From Escherichia coli O127:H6 str. E2348/69 (GTDB lineage Bacteria; Pseudomonadota; Gammaproteobacteria; Enterobacterales; Enterobacteriaceae): a stretch of DNA of 64,000 bases. The stretch is from the NCBI RefSeq assembly GCF_000026545.1, contig NC_011601.1. One strand, written 5' to 3'. How positions within the stretch are numbered: position 1 is the stretch's first letter; every line of letters starts with the position of its first letter. Below, piece after piece: positions 11,293-24,712 of the stretch. Position numbers and translations under genes: made by a program. The notes below the pieces were generated by a model. It ran no database searches and was not told the DNA's origin. It saw only the letters and a program-made list of their open reading frames with translations.

Positions 11293-12510
11293 ATGTTAAC
11301 AGCCTCGCTGGCGCTGCGTAATAAAGAGAATTGGAAACCATACTGGAATAGAGTGTTGGTATTCCTTTTTATTGCGACCTTTTTCCTTGATGGTATTACC
11401 CGTTATAAACATATCATATCTGTACTAATGATTATTACGGTAATTTATCAAGTTTTCCGTGCTCCAGGGACATTCAAAGAGCTCTACAAAAATAATCTTT
11501 TTTATAGTGTCTTGGCTCTGTCACTCATTCTTTTATATGCCACTTTCATATCACCAGATCTGAAAATAAGTTTTAAAGAATTCAGTAACACGGTGCTAAA
11601 AGGATTTTTGGCATATAGTTTACTTATACCCGTATTATTAAAAGATGAAGATAATGAAAGCATCGGTAAAGTTGTACTATACTCATTAGTTACCGGGCTT
11701 GGGTTACGTTGTCTTGTTGAAATTATTTCTTATATTCAGGATTATAATAAAGGAATAATGCCATTTTCGACCTATGAACATCGTAGTATTTCCGACTCAA
11801 TGGTGTTTCTATTTCCAGCATTATTAAACCTTTGGCTTATCAAGAAAACCTCTTATAAAATAATATTCATAATTTTTAGCGCAGTTTTCTTGTTTCTGCT
11901 ATTAGGAACGCTCTCTCGTGGTGCATGGCTGGCAGTATTCATAGTGACTCTACTATGGTTAATCTTAAATCGTCAGTGGAAATTATTGATGCTGACCTCT
12001 ATCGTTATTTCTGTTGCAGCAACTTGCGTATTTACCTTTAAAGGTGATCATACCGATGAAGATAGGCTTATTTATAAACTTCAACAGACCGACAGTTCTT
12101 ATCGCTATACCAATGGTACACAAGGTACAGCATGGACATTAATTATGGAGAACCCGCTTAAGGGATATGGCTATGGCGATGATATTTACCATGCAATATA
12201 CAATAAGCGTGTCGTAGATTTTCCATCATGGACTTTCAGACAATCCATTGGACCACACAACATTATTTTATCAATTTGGTTTGCAGCAGGTTTAGCTGGG
12301 CTACTCGCTTTACTTTATCTGTATGGCTCTATTATCAAAGAAACAGCTAACGCAACATTTAAAAAAGTGGTGGTCACTCCTTATAATGGTCAATTACTGC
12401 TATTTTTAACTCTTGTTGGTTTTTATATTATCCGAGGTAATTTCGAGGAAGTTGATCTCAAACCAATTGGCTTGATTGTTGGTTTGCTGTTAGCTATGCG
12501 GAATAAATAA
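11293..12510 (+). CDS. waaL: O-antigen ligase
   Basis: 405-aa polytopic membrane protein in an AT-rich segment; position after waaC. Confidence 0.85.
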   Translation: MLTASLALRNKENWKPYWNRVLVFLFIATFFLDGITRYKHIISVLMIITVIYQVFRAPGTFKELYKNNLFYSVLALSLILLYATFISPDLKISFKEFSNTVLKGFLAYSLLIPVLLKDEDNESIGKVVLYSLVTGLGLRCLVEIISYIQDYNKGIMPFSTYEHRSISDSMVFLFPALLNLWLIKKTSYKIIFIIFSAVFLFLLLGTLSRGAWLAVFIVTLLWLILNRQWKLLMLTSIVISVAATCVFTFKGDHTDEDRLIYKLQQTDSSYRYTNGTQGTAWTLIMENPLKGYGYGDDIYHAIYNKRVVDFPSWTFRQSIGPHNIILSIWFAAGLAGLLALLYLYGSIIKETANATFKKVVVTPYNGQLLLFLTLVGFYIIRGNFEEVDLKPIGLIVGLLLAMRNK

Positions 12511-12515
12511 AAAAA

Positions 12516-12544
12516 AGCCTGCCTGACATTGAGTTCAGGCAGGC
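12516..12544. terminator. Bidirectional intrinsic terminator between convergent waaL and waaU
   Basis: 11-bp perfect stem AGCCTGCCTGA / TCAGGCAGGCT with an A-run upstream. Confidence 0.6.
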
Positions 12545-12563
12545 TCTTCAAATCAAATAATTT

Positions 12564-13706
12564 TTAACCAAACCAGTCTTGCATTTGTGCCTCAAAACAC
12601 TGAGTTACATGTTCCCAGCTATATTTTGAAAAAACGAATTTCTGGGCATTTTCGGCAATTTGTGCTTTATTACTGTCTGCTAAGACCCGGTTGATATCAG
12701 AGAGAATGCTTTCAGACGTCATAGGTTCTGCAAGGTGATATCCTGTTATTCCTTCCAGAACAAACTCGTTTATCCCACCTTTTTGACTTGCAAGAACAGG
12801 TTTACCAGCCGCCATCGCTTCAACTGCTACCATGCAAAAAGCTTCTTCTACCTGGGAAGGAACAACAACTAAATCTGCTAAGCGGTAATATTTATGCATC
12901 TGCTCCGGTGGCTGCCCACCCGCCATAATACATTGCGCGCCAATAGCTTTCGCTTCATCCAGAACCTTATTCTGATATTCAGCTTTTTCACCTTTTTTAC
13001 TGGCAAAAGGATCACCAACAATAACCAATTTAAGATTGTCTCGATCCTTACACAGCTTATTGAAAGCATCCATAAGCATCAGACAGCCTTTATCTGGCGA
13101 TATCCTTCCTGCAAATAATAACACCGTATCATTCGCATCTATGTTAAATTTCTTCCTTAAATTTTCAGTATTATCATGTGAATACGATTCAGAGCAAAAA
13201 CCATTAGGCACAATAGCGATATCTGCATCAGGCATTTTTTCCGAATAGAAATCGAACAGAAACTGGCTAGGAACAATTATCTTTGCATTTTTGTCTAACT
13301 GCCCTGGTTCAAAAGCATTGTGAAGGTGCATGACTAGCTGCGCTTGAGGGCTTCTGCCACGAATCTGTTTATACAGCTTCATACTATTGTGGATAACAAT
13401 AACTGAGTCTTTCGGATCAGCATTTTTAGGTTGAGTATTTAAAATGCGCTGAGAATACGGCACAGGATCAAGTCGAGTCCACTTTTGGAAAAGTCGTTTA
13501 TAGACTCGACTAAAACCAATGTAGTGAATATCACAATTATCATTTACTTTTGTGTAGATAGGGTAGCCGTCGTTTCGAATACATGCGATAGTTGCTGGAA
13601 TCGAAAGTCTTTTGGCGACCTGATAAATCCATGTTTCAACCGCTGCAGCTCCTTTTGGCGGTATAGAAAATATTGGTGTGACGGTAAATATTATCTTTTT
13701 AATCAT
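12564..13706 (-). CDS. waaU: LPS core glycosyltransferase (GT4 family), WaaU/WaaK-like
   Basis: 380-aa ORF with GT4 C-terminal motif (EAFCMVAVEAMAAGKPVL); position in waa cluster; exact start uncertain. Confidence 0.72.
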   Translation of the reverse strand: MIKKIIFTVTPIFSIPPKGAAAVETWIYQVAKRLSIPATIACIRNDGYPIYTKVNDNCDIHYIGFSRVYKRLFQKWTRLDPVPYSQRILNTQPKNADPKDSVIVIHNSMKLYKQIRGRSPQAQLVMHLHNAFEPGQLDKNAKIIVPSQFLFDFYSEKMPDADIAIVPNGFCSESYSHDNTENLRKKFNIDANDTVLLFAGRISPDKGCLMLMDAFNKLCKDRDNLKLVIVGDPFASKKGEKAEYQNKVLDEAKAIGAQCIMAGGQPPEQMHKYYRLADLVVVPSQVEEAFCMVAVEAMAAGKPVLASQKGGINEFVLEGITGYHLAEPMTSESILSDINRVLADSNKAQIAENAQKFVFSKYSWEHVTQCFEAQMQDWFG

Positions 13707-13793
13707 TATTAGCCAACTCCAATATTTTGATAATACGAAATAAAGACATAGAAAATACTAGATTATTTTTTAGCAAACCCAAGATTATAAAAT

Positions 13794-14567
13794 TTATGAC
13801 AGTTCCATAAATGGAATGATATCATATTGAATTGCTGTATCATCCGACAAATTATAAATATTAATATCATCTACATTATCACGCATAAAACGGAAAAATG
13901 GCAAGATTTTGAATAAATCCTTACTCAATTCCGAGGGCATGGGATTATTATTTTCGTCATAGACACGAGAGCAGTTACCCGTTAAATCAAGACCAGAACA
14001 AATAATCCGTGCATACTTAAGTGAATATGCTATTTGAATTGCAGCGAAGGCAATAGTATGGCATGAGCAATAACCAAGACTAATGTCCTTGCAAAATCCA
14101 ACCAGACGACCTTTTTTAGACAACGGTACAGAGATCAGCAGTTCTTTGTGAATCTGGCTCAAAATATTAAATTTAATCTTCTTTATCAAACCGCCTTTTT
14201 CTCGGCGGTAAAAAGATCGTAATACGAGGCAGTTCTGGAGGATATAAAGTTTGTCTTCTTTGGAAGCGTGTTCATAAACGTCAACGTTTACTATGGTATA
14301 ACGACTTCTCTGGCTAAATTTATAAAAATCATCACGACGCTGATGTAAAAAGCGGACATCTGTAAGTACATATATAAAAGGAACGATATTATGACTTAAC
14401 AAATATTGCGCAGAACCATTGACAGCAATAATATCCTTTGTTCGTAATGCTGACAAAGGTGTTTTTTGCGATGTAGGGCCAGAAAGAAAAATAATAACAT
14501 CATCAGATGTTTTATTTTCAATCAGGTTTTCAACATCTTTTTTGTCAATGTATCTAATATTCTTCAT
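13794..14567 (-). CDS. waaZ: LPS core biosynthesis protein WaaZ
   Basis: 257-aa ORF in the AT-rich central waa block; position between waaU and waaY. Confidence 0.72.
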   Translation of the reverse strand: MKNIRYIDKKDVENLIENKTSDDVIIFLSGPTSQKTPLSALRTKDIIAVNGSAQYLLSHNIVPFIYVLTDVRFLHQRRDDFYKFSQRSRYTIVNVDVYEHASKEDKLYILQNCLVLRSFYRREKGGLIKKIKFNILSQIHKELLISVPLSKKGRLVGFCKDISLGYCSCHTIAFAAIQIAYSLKYARIICSGLDLTGNCSRVYDENNNPMPSELSKDLFKILPFFRFMRDNVDDINIYNLSDDTAIQYDIIPFMELS

Positions 14568-14640
14568 GATAAACCTGTGAAATAAATAACTCCGTTTAAA
14601 ACTGTCCTGGTGAAGACATGTAATTGTGGGTATTTCTATT

Positions 14641-15339
14641 TTAGCGCGCTGGTTTCCCTTTCAAACGCCGCATAAAATTGCGCATTTTTTTACGATATAC
14701 TAAAAGATAATAGCCTAGATCTTTAATCTCATTTTTAATACCGTAATGACGCTCTAAGTCAATACGATCTTTCGCTTTACGCTGCGCTGAAGCACGTTTT
14801 CCGGAGAGATCAATAATTCGAACCTCACCATTTTTTATAATGAAGTTACCACGATGGGGGTCGCCAGAAACCATGCCATGTTGATGTAAGGAATTAATTG
14901 ATTGCTGAATTTTATTTTTTAGCACATCATCAATATCAGGTATATCACACAACTCTATGCCATCAATATACTCGATGATCATGATATAAGTATGGACAAA
15001 TCGTAAGGTTTTCCGTTCAGCTAATAAATAAAAATCATTGAGTGTATTTAACCCTTCATTTCTTACTTTTTGGGTTTGCTCAAAAAGGCGTTCGTAATAA
15101 TCACCTTTTAACAGAGACTTAAAGAAACGCTCGTTACGCTTAACTTTCGGAGAAAAAACCTTAAGAATCAATTTACCGTAATCGGTATCAATAAGCATAA
15201 CTTTTGTATCATCAATAGAACGAAAAACCTTGATGATATTTATATTATAAGACAAGAAGTCATTTAATACATTGAGATAGTTTGAATTGTTTTCATCGGT
15301 AAAAACAACCAAGTCTTTGATCTTGCTCTTCTGAATCAT
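14641..15339 (-). CDS. waaY: LPS core heptose(II) kinase WaaY
   Basis: 232-aa ORF with kinase-like motifs (HGMVSGDPHRGNFI); position. Confidence 0.8.
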   Translation of the reverse strand: MIQKSKIKDLVVFTDENNSNYLNVLNDFLSYNINIIKVFRSIDDTKVMLIDTDYGKLILKVFSPKVKRNERFFKSLLKGDYYERLFEQTQKVRNEGLNTLNDFYLLAERKTLRFVHTYIMIIEYIDGIELCDIPDIDDVLKNKIQQSINSLHQHGMVSGDPHRGNFIIKNGEVRIIDLSGKRASAQRKAKDRIDLERHYGIKNEIKDLGYYLLVYRKKMRNFMRRLKGKPAR

Positions 15340-15356
15340 AATAAACCAGTTAAATG

Positions 15357-16373
15357 TTATTTAGGGTAATATTTTCGGCAAAGATAACAGACTCCTGCTA
15401 TAATTCCTGAGATATATTTATGCTGTACTAAAAGATGTTTATATCTTTTTTTAAATTCAATAATTGATTTTGCATCTCGTGGAGAGTCATCTTTCCATGG
15501 TGAATTTTCTAAAGCTATTTTATAGTATTTTACCGATGGATAAATTGCCCATTTGTGCCACGGTTTAGTTGCACCTGTATAGTGAATAAGCAGAGTACTT
15601 TCTGTAATCAGCTTTTTATAGTTTTGATGTGTTTTGTCTTTTAATTCACTTTTAATTGTATAAATTGTATTATATCCACGAGGCAAAAATATTGTCATCC
15701 CTTTCAGTAAGACATTCATAACATCCTGATCAGGGTATTTATACACATTATCTTTACTCATAAGAATAGACAACGCTTTTTCTGTTAGTTTTGCGTTAGC
15801 CCATTTTTTTAAATCTAAATAAACGACACCAGAATTAAAGTACTGCCCAAGTAATTCAGGATCAGACAACCTGGATGCCGCCTTTTCCTGCATTGGGTCA
15901 ACATCTTTAACAACAGCTGCAACCGCTCCGTTTAAATCCAGATGCAATAGTTGGCTAATATCGCCTTTACAAACAACATCTGCATCAAGATAAAGCAAAC
16001 GATCAAGTGTTAAACCCAATAATTGAAATGCAAATAAACGGAAGTACATTGCTCTTGACCAGACCTGTGTACAAGGCAAGCACTGGAGCTTATCAGTGTT
16101 AATTCTATATAATGTGATTCTTAATTGGTATTGCTCTGCAAGCTTTGCAACTTTTTGAAAAAAAGCATCATTATAAACATCAGCAATAATATAAAAATCA
16201 AGATTAATATGTCGATTATTTAGGACAATTGATGTAATGGAAACACCTACACCATCAAGATAATTAGCATCGACACCATAGGCAACATTTAAACATTCAG
16301 AAGTATTTATATTACCCAGCCGAAAATCCCAGGCTTTAACTTTATCTATCTCTATGGCAGAAAATGAGTCCAC
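15357..16373 (-). CDS. waaJ: GT8 LPS alpha-1,2-glucosyltransferase (WaaJ/WaaR)
   Basis: 338-aa GT8 family ORF (DxD-type YLDAD motif); position. Confidence 0.8.
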   Translation of the reverse strand: MDSFSAIEIDKVKAWDFRLGNINTSECLNVAYGVDANYLDGVGVSITSIVLNNRHINLDFYIIADVYNDAFFQKVAKLAEQYQLRITLYRINTDKLQCLPCTQVWSRAMYFRLFAFQLLGLTLDRLLYLDADVVCKGDISQLLHLDLNGAVAAVVKDVDPMQEKAASRLSDPELLGQYFNSGVVYLDLKKWANAKLTEKALSILMSKDNVYKYPDQDVMNVLLKGMTIFLPRGYNTIYTIKSELKDKTHQNYKKLITESTLLIHYTGATKPWHKWAIYPSVKYYKIALENSPWKDDSPRDAKSIIEFKKRYKHLLVQHKYISGIIAGVCYLCRKYYPK

Positions 16374-16412
16374 AATGCTACCCTTATATCATTACTTTAT
16401 TGTTTCTCAGTT

Positions 16413-17432
16413 TTAATGCTTTATCTTTTCAATAAAATAAAAAAGATAGTTGCTAAATCCTTTTAGATATCTATGTTTTTTAAGCATATGTTTTGCGCTA
16501 TATCTTAATTGATTGCTATTGTTCGGTTTCAGCAACGCCGTATTCTTCCATGGCGAAGCATTTTTTGCCTCCATAAAGGCTTGTGATACAGGATAATCCC
16601 AGGCCCAATCATGCCAGGGCTTGGTTGGCCCGATATAATGGATAAAAATAGTATTGTTGGTTACTGGGTTTATAAAGCTTTCTTTTAGTTGATAATTTAA
16701 GCTAAACTGGGTGTTATATTTAATATCAGCGAAAATAAGTTTATCTGCCAGCAACATATTTAATACATCCTGATCAGGATGTGTTATTTTTTTGATTATT
16801 CCTGGCTCATTTAGCATTGCAATGGCTCGTGCAGAAACCTGCTGAGCCGCCCATTTGGCAGTATTAATCAATAAAAAACCGGAGTTAAAGTAACCTTTAG
16901 CAATTCCCGCAACACCTAACGAATGGGCGCGTTTTTCCCACCAGTCAGCTTGTCCTTCTGTAACAACCATTGCGACTTTATCGTCAGGAAATGAGAATTT
17001 AATTAGTGGCTCAATAGTCCCCTGACAAATGATATCTGCATCCAGATAAAGGACTTTAGCCACCTTACTAATAAAGTAATCAGCAATAACAAAACGAAAA
17101 TATATTGCATGGGTCCAGTTCTTTGTGCTAGGCAATGAGCGCAGTCGATCACCATTAATCAGATATATTTTAATTCTGGTTTTATACTGTAATGCCAGGG
17201 CATCAAAATACTTACGATCATTATCACAAAAATAATCAGTAAAAATGTGGAAACACAACCGACTTCCTTCATTATACTTTAATATTGAAGCAATCGAAAT
17301 TCCGCAACCAAATAGAAAGTTTTTGTCAGTTCCATAAGCGATGTCCAGACAAAGATTTTCTGTTTCTACTTTATGATTATAATCAATAACTGAATTTAGA
17401 TACTCAGTTTCCTGGAAAAATACCTGCTGCAT
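16413..17432 (-). CDS. waaO: GT8 LPS alpha-1,3-glucosyltransferase (WaaO/WaaI)
   Basis: 339-aa GT8 family ORF, paralogous to the adjacent waaJ; position. Confidence 0.8.
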   Translation of the reverse strand: MQQVFFQETEYLNSVIDYNHKVETENLCLDIAYGTDKNFLFGCGISIASILKYNEGSRLCFHIFTDYFCDNDRKYFDALALQYKTRIKIYLINGDRLRSLPSTKNWTHAIYFRFVIADYFISKVAKVLYLDADIICQGTIEPLIKFSFPDDKVAMVVTEGQADWWEKRAHSLGVAGIAKGYFNSGFLLINTAKWAAQQVSARAIAMLNEPGIIKKITHPDQDVLNMLLADKLIFADIKYNTQFSLNYQLKESFINPVTNNTIFIHYIGPTKPWHDWAWDYPVSQAFMEAKNASPWKNTALLKPNNSNQLRYSAKHMLKKHRYLKGFSNYLFYFIEKIKH

Positions 17433-18511
17433 TATTTCCTCCGGGAAATAGCAGAAATAATTATATTATGTAATCTATCATAATACTTAGATTGATAAAA
17501 CTTATCGATCGACGCAGGAATTTTTTCATGTTCGATATGAATTTCACCTGCTATATATTTATTTAGAAGAGTAACAAAACCAGCAATATCTCCCGGTTGA
17601 TACAAATGGCCATTGACATCAGGTTGAATAATGTCACCAGGACCGGAGACACAATCGGCACTGATACACGGAATCCCCCATGACATTGATTCAAGTAAGG
17701 TCATTGGAAAACCTTCAAAAGATGAGGTTAATAACAATGCACTGACTTTCTTAATATCCTGACGCACTACCTCCCATGGATGTTTTTGCCAACCATGCCA
17801 GACAATTCGATTATCAATCTTCAATTCTCTACCATATGCCTGGCATTTTTCAAAATCAGAACCATCACCCAGTACATGGAGTTTCCAGTCACCTTGCGCT
17901 TGTGATAAACCATCAAGCAGGTCTTTAACCCTCTTCTGGCCCTCGAATTTCATACGCCCAACATAAATGAACGTTGCCGTTTCACCTTCCTCAGGCCCAG
18001 GAATGACTGTGTCTTTAGCTTCGACTGGATTAAAAATAACATTTATCGTCGATTCTGGTACACCCCGATTAATCATTTGCTGTTTAATGCCAGAGCTGAT
18101 GGCTAAATGATAGTCTGCACAGGTGATATATTCAGCATGTTTTTTGTGATCTAAAGAAAAATGCGGCCATGAAAATACTGGCACATCAATTCCTGATTTT
18201 TTACGTGCTTTGGCCGCATACAAACACGAGATAACGTCAATACAAATAACAACATCTGGCTGATAATCTTGAAGCCATTTGCTTAAAGCATGAATATGTT
18301 TCGCCCGACGCAAAAAACCTAAGCGAATATTGGAAAATGAACACGAGTACTTAATACCTTCCAGCCATCCCTTATCCATTTTATCATTACGACAAAAGAA
18401 AAACATTTCACTATAGATATGTTGTTGCCTGAAGGTAGTAATAACATCACGAATGACCGTTTCCATGCCGCCAAATCCAGAAACAGCTTCGCCGATAAAT
18501 GCTATTTTCAT
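17432..18511 (-). CDS. waaB: LPS alpha-1,6-galactosyltransferase WaaB
   Basis: ORF 17432..18541 trimmed to MKIAFIGEA (359 aa); GT4 family. Confidence 0.85.
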   Translation of the reverse strand: MKIAFIGEAVSGFGGMETVIRDVITTFRQQHIYSEMFFFCRNDKMDKGWLEGIKYSCSFSNIRLGFLRRAKHIHALSKWLQDYQPDVVICIDVISCLYAAKARKKSGIDVPVFSWPHFSLDHKKHAEYITCADYHLAISSGIKQQMINRGVPESTINVIFNPVEAKDTVIPGPEEGETATFIYVGRMKFEGQKRVKDLLDGLSQAQGDWKLHVLGDGSDFEKCQAYGRELKIDNRIVWHGWQKHPWEVVRQDIKKVSALLLTSSFEGFPMTLLESMSWGIPCISADCVSGPGDIIQPDVNGHLYQPGDIAGFVTLLNKYIAGEIHIEHEKIPASIDKFYQSKYYDRLHNIIISAISRRK

Positions 18512-18554
18512 TGAAACTCTCATTAATTGAGTAAAACTCACTGTTTTAACGGTT

Positions 18555-19490
18555 TTATTTTTCTATAAAATCATAAACAATTGTTGACATCATTTTATCA
18601 GGGCTGAATTTATATAAACTATCATAATCCATTGGTTTAACAGATGAATTAATAAAATACTCTAACTTATCCCAATCATCATGACCTATTATAAAAAAGC
18701 GAGACTCACTATAGATTTCCGAACCAAGTACATTTATATTATTAGTAATTAATTTTTTATTGAAAAATAGTGCCTCAAGTATACGAAGAGTCCAGCCAGA
18801 TTGGTTTTCTTTAGTTATATCAACAATTATATTAGCATTTAATGTTCTTCTAATATTCTCTTCATACGGTATTTGTTTTTCAATCAAATACTTTGAAGTC
18901 GGAGATGATGTTTTATCTTTGACAACATTAAAATCTAACTTACATCCTAGTGTTGTTAATCTATCGGCTAATTCATTAATTATTTGAAGACGTCCTTTAT
19001 CACGACCAAGAAAAAAACATATTGGCTGACTGTTATTTTTGTCAGATAAACTATAATTTCTAATTTCATCCATTCCTATAGGAAAAAATTGTTCTATTGC
19101 CTTGATCTTTTCATTCCCTATAAATCTATGCTCAAAATCATAGATAATATCAAAATAATTAGTGTTATCAAAAATAAAATTTTCACTGACAGTATTTCTT
19201 AGAAGTAATACTTTATGACAATTAATATTTTTTAATATTTGCTTGTTAATATTTTTATTAATGACACTGTCATTAAATATAATGATATCATCCTTTTTTA
19301 CAGCATTTAGGTGATGTTTGATAAATAATCGTCCCAACCATGCATTATCCATCCCTAATTTCGAAATTTTCTTATTAACCCAGTTGTATTTTTTTGGTGT
19401 TGTTATATTTTTTATCTTGTGCTTTTTTTTCAAGTACTGGATCATTTTTAATTCATAATCTGCAACCCAGTTTATAAAATAAATAGTCAT
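18555..19490 (-). CDS. waaS: LPS core biosynthesis protein WaaS
   Basis: 311-aa AT-rich ORF between waaB and waaP; K-12-type core marker gene. Confidence 0.72.
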   Translation of the reverse strand: MTIYFINWVADYELKMIQYLKKKHKIKNITTPKKYNWVNKKISKLGMDNAWLGRLFIKHHLNAVKKDDIIIFNDSVINKNINKQILKNINCHKVLLLRNTVSENFIFDNTNYFDIIYDFEHRFIGNEKIKAIEQFFPIGMDEIRNYSLSDKNNSQPICFFLGRDKGRLQIINELADRLTTLGCKLDFNVVKDKTSSPTSKYLIEKQIPYEENIRRTLNANIIVDITKENQSGWTLRILEALFFNKKLITNNINVLGSEIYSESRFFIIGHDDWDKLEYFINSSVKPMDYDSLYKFSPDKMMSTIVYDFIEK

Positions 19491-19526
19491 AATGAAGTTA
19501 GTTCCAGTACATACTGATTAATATTT

Positions 19527-20324
19527 TTATAATCCTTTGCGTTGTGTTCGCTCTTTAATATGCTCGGCCTTAACACTTGCCATGTTCAATAAATTCCGTT
19601 CAAAAGATAATATCTCACGTAAAGGCATCCCAAAATAAACCTTCATAAATCGCCAGATATCTCTCTGCGTCAGCCCAATATTCATTGATGAAAAATACAA
19701 ACCAATCAAATCTTTATCCCGCCAACGACGCGGTACTTTTGCACGTATCTGCGCCCGGTGCAGGTCAATTACTGAAATTTTTAACTCCTCTTCCTTACCG
19801 GAAAAAGGCAAATGCAGCAGGAAATGACAGATATAACAGTCACGGTGGTTAATGCCCGCAGCATGCATATCGCGCACCATCGTCGCTACACGCTTAATAA
19901 GCATACGCTTTACGCGAACATCTGGTGGGTTGGTTGCCCAGTCAGCACAGTAATCCTCCAGACTAATGGTTGGTGTCAGATCTTCGGTAATAATAAACGA
20001 GGTTCTGGTCAGCGGATTAATACCTTTTTCGCCAAATGCCACCCCATACATAGTATCAACGCCGACATCCCGCAGTCGATGAATCGCATTCCATTCGCGG
20101 TCTGCGCCTAATACTGGCATCCGCAATGAGAGTAAATTTTTGATTATCTCTTTCAGGGTCGTGCCGCGATGCCATTTGAGAAAATAGCTTTTGCCCGCCA
20201 TTTCAAAGCGCAGAGTACGGCGAGTTTCCAGTTCACGAAATACCTCACCCTGCAAAGTTTTAACTTCCTCAAAAGGATCTTTTCCGCGCCATAACGTGGC
20301 AAACGGCTCTTTAAGTTCAACCAT
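19527..20324 (-). CDS. waaP: LPS core heptose(I) kinase WaaP
   Basis: ORF 19527..20333 trimmed to MVELKEPF (265 aa); kinase motifs ([15 protein letters not shown]); recognised WaaP. Confidence 0.9.
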   Translation of the reverse strand: MVELKEPFATLWRGKDPFEEVKTLQGEVFRELETRRTLRFEMAGKSYFLKWHRGTTLKEIIKNLLSLRMPVLGADREWNAIHRLRDVGVDTMYGVAFGEKGINPLTRTSFIITEDLTPTISLEDYCADWATNPPDVRVKRMLIKRVATMVRDMHAAGINHRDCYICHFLLHLPFSGKEEELKISVIDLHRAQIRAKVPRRWRDKDLIGLYFSSMNIGLTQRDIWRFMKVYFGMPLREILSFERNLLNMASVKAEHIKERTQRKGL

Positions 20325-21441
20325 CCAGACCACCCGTTATGATATCCGCCGCTTTTTCTGGCAGACTGTATAAATCTTGTGTATCAGCATAATGTCGCGC
20401 ATTTTCCGCCCAGGCCTGGCGCAATGAAAATTGCGTTAACGCTTTGCGTAAAATCTCATTCAATGTTTCCTGGCGGAATGGCTCAGCAATAGCCTCGCCG
20501 CAATTGGCGTCGACAATATAATGCGCATAGCCACAAACGGCTGTTGTTAGTACCGGTAATCCTGCAGTAATCGCTTCCAGCAGCACAATTCCCGCCGCTT
20601 CCTGGTAGGCAGGATGCAGTAATAAATCCGCCGCCGCCATTAATTCCGAGACATCGTTGCGCCCCGAGAAGAAGTGAACATTACTGCGCACGCCGCGTTT
20701 TTCTGCCAGCGCCTCAAATTTTCGCGGTTTATCCTGCCCAACAACATATAGTAATGTGTTGTGGCGCAGCGAATCCGGTAACGAAGCAAGTGCTTCAATG
20801 GAACGATCGACACCTTTACGCGTGAAGTCTGAACCGACCTGCAACAATAAATATTGTTGTTCGGTTATTCCATTCTTCTTACGGAAGATTTCACGGCTAT
20901 TCGCTGGTTGCTGGCTATATTTACGATCAGGATAAATCCCCGGAGGCAGAATATGAAAACGCTCCGCTTCAGTCTGATAATGTTTCTGGAAATCGGCGAT
21001 TTGCTTATCTGTCAGCATCAGCAGCTGTGCCGGCTTGCCCTGTTCGAAGGTTGCCCGCTCAAAGGCGGCATAATGGCGATAACGTGACGTCAGGCGATAG
21101 AAAAAGCCTTTCTCCTGCGCTACTTTCTCGGCATAACAAACATCAGCGGCATAATAAACGTCCAGCCCCGGCATTTTATTAAATCCAACGACTCTATCGA
21201 CGGGGTGTTCACGTAAATGTTTTTGCACCCAGGCAAAATATTCCGCATTGCGCCCGTGATTGGTATGCGATTTAACCGGCACTTTGATCAGTTCAAATAC
21301 ATCAGGGCATTCGCCTTCCCACGACTGGGTATAAACCCGAACATGATGACCTCGGGCGGCGACTGTCTGAGCAATACGCATAAAATCGCGCTGCAAACCG
21401 CCAAAGGGAAAATATTTATATAAACAAAAAGCAACGATCAT
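20317..21441 (-). CDS. waaG: LPS glucosyltransferase I WaaG
   Basis: 374-aa GT4 ORF; recognised WaaG. Confidence 0.95.
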   Translation of the reverse strand: MIVAFCLYKYFPFGGLQRDFMRIAQTVAARGHHVRVYTQSWEGECPDVFELIKVPVKSHTNHGRNAEYFAWVQKHLREHPVDRVVGFNKMPGLDVYYAADVCYAEKVAQEKGFFYRLTSRYRHYAAFERATFEQGKPAQLLMLTDKQIADFQKHYQTEAERFHILPPGIYPDRKYSQQPANSREIFRKKNGITEQQYLLLQVGSDFTRKGVDRSIEALASLPDSLRHNTLLYVVGQDKPRKFEALAEKRGVRSNVHFFSGRNDVSELMAAADLLLHPAYQEAAGIVLLEAITAGLPVLTTAVCGYAHYIVDANCGEAIAEPFRQETLNEILRKALTQFSLRQAWAENARHYADTQDLYSLPEKAADIITGGLDG

Positions 21442-22496
21442 AACGACGTACCTGTCGTGGAAGAGGGAAGTAATTTATCGACAGCTGCAATGACATCTGC
21501 CGCCGGAATAACCGAAAGATACATCTCATTTCGGTCACGCTGATCGCGCGTTGGCATTTCCCGGTAATCTCCCGCCCAGAATTGAATCATGTTATTTGAC
21601 CAGGGACGCCAGAAAATATGGTCCGTCGCACCAAACAGCGATATCAGCGGCGTATTAACTGCAGCGGCAATATGCGCCGGTGCGGAATCAACGCCAATAA
21701 ACAGCTGCGCATGATCGATTAACGCACCAAGTTCCGGGAAGGTCACCTTTCCGGCCAGCGCCGTTACTGGTGGCGTCTGGCATCCCTGCGCAATTTCATT
21801 GACGCAGGCCAGATCGTCTTTATCTGGGCCGGACGTCAGAACGACTTCATAACCACGAGCATGTAAGGCATCAATCACAGCGGAAAACTTGGCGTTGTCC
21901 CAGCATTTGAAGATTTGCCGCGCCGTAGGTTGGATAACCACATAATTTTGTCCAACACCAGCGTGATCAAGTTCGCGACGCATACGTTTCCAGCTTGCAG
22001 GCGGGTAACTCATGGTTGTCTGCTTCACCAACGATTCAAGTCCCAATGGCGTCAGCACGGATAAGTTACTTTCCACCACATTTCCACCCTGCAACGGCAC
22101 CAAATGAGTGAAACTATTACGCCAAAAAGCAGACTGCCGATGATGATAATCCTGGGAAATTTTCACACGGGCATTTAATAAGCGAACCAGTATAGCAACC
22201 ATCCATTGATCGGTAAGATTAACGATAAGGTCATACTTATTGGCACGTAATACCTTGATGAGATGAAAAAAGTTGGCAATTTTTTCTGAGGCTTTTGCTT
22301 TTTTATTTTTTATGCCGTAGAGCGCGTTAATCTCTGGATTTTCAGACAGGATCGGGATGGTGTCCTGATAAAGCAGCACATCGATTTTTGCGTCAGGGTA
22401 ATTTTTTTTCAGCGAACTAATGACGGGAGTAGTTAATAACATATCCCCATGAAAACGCATCTTAATGAGCAAAATTCTTCGAAATGGCTTATCCAC
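21438..22496 (-). CDS. waaQ: LPS heptosyltransferase III WaaQ
   Basis: 352-aa GT9 ORF; first gene of the waaQ operon. Confidence 0.9.
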   Translation of the reverse strand: MDKPFRRILLIKMRFHGDMLLTTPVISSLKKNYPDAKIDVLLYQDTIPILSENPEINALYGIKNKKAKASEKIANFFHLIKVLRANKYDLIVNLTDQWMVAILVRLLNARVKISQDYHHRQSAFWRNSFTHLVPLQGGNVVESNLSVLTPLGLESLVKQTTMSYPPASWKRMRRELDHAGVGQNYVVIQPTARQIFKCWDNAKFSAVIDALHARGYEVVLTSGPDKDDLACVNEIAQGCQTPPVTALAGKVTFPELGALIDHAQLFIGVDSAPAHIAAAVNTPLISLFGATDHIFWRPWSNNMIQFWAGDYREMPTRDQRDRNEMYLSVIPAADVIAAVDKLLPSSTTGTSL

Positions 22497-22545
22497 AAGT
22501 AACTCTTTTTGTTGAGATTATCCGATTAAGGTGAAGCAGAAAAAG

Positions 22546-22557
22546 CACGCTACCGCC
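22546..22557 (-). promoter_or_regulatory. ops element (RfaH recruitment site) in the waaQ leader
   Basis: Plus strand reads CACGCTACCGCC, so the non-template strand of the waaQ transcript reads GGCGGTAGCGTG, ~50 nt upstream of the waaQ start. Confidence 0.8.
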
Positions 22558-22909
22558 CCAGGCTCAACAGCTACCTGAATACTGATACCGCACTGATATT
22601 GACGCGCTAGTGTATCACTTCTTTCGCGGCAATCCGACCCGAATGATTTTTAAGCACATTGTTGATTTTCAATAAAGAAATCAATCAAATAAAATCATTA
22701 GCAACCATATTCTTTTTACTGTTGCTCTGCGATTCCTTCCTGCACGTACTGCAGAAATCAATGAATCGCATAAAAATACAAAAAAAGTATAGATGTTCAG
22801 CAAGAATTGGCGGGTAAATTGCTATTTAAGTCAAAAACGGGAAAAGTAATGGTAAAGCCACAGCTAAATACATAGAATCCCCAGCACATCCATAAGTCAG
22901 CTATTTACT

Positions 22910-24674
<1,765 letters not shown>

Positions 24675-24712
24675 CGTTTATGCCGGATGGTATGCCATCC
24701 GGCGCGCATCAA

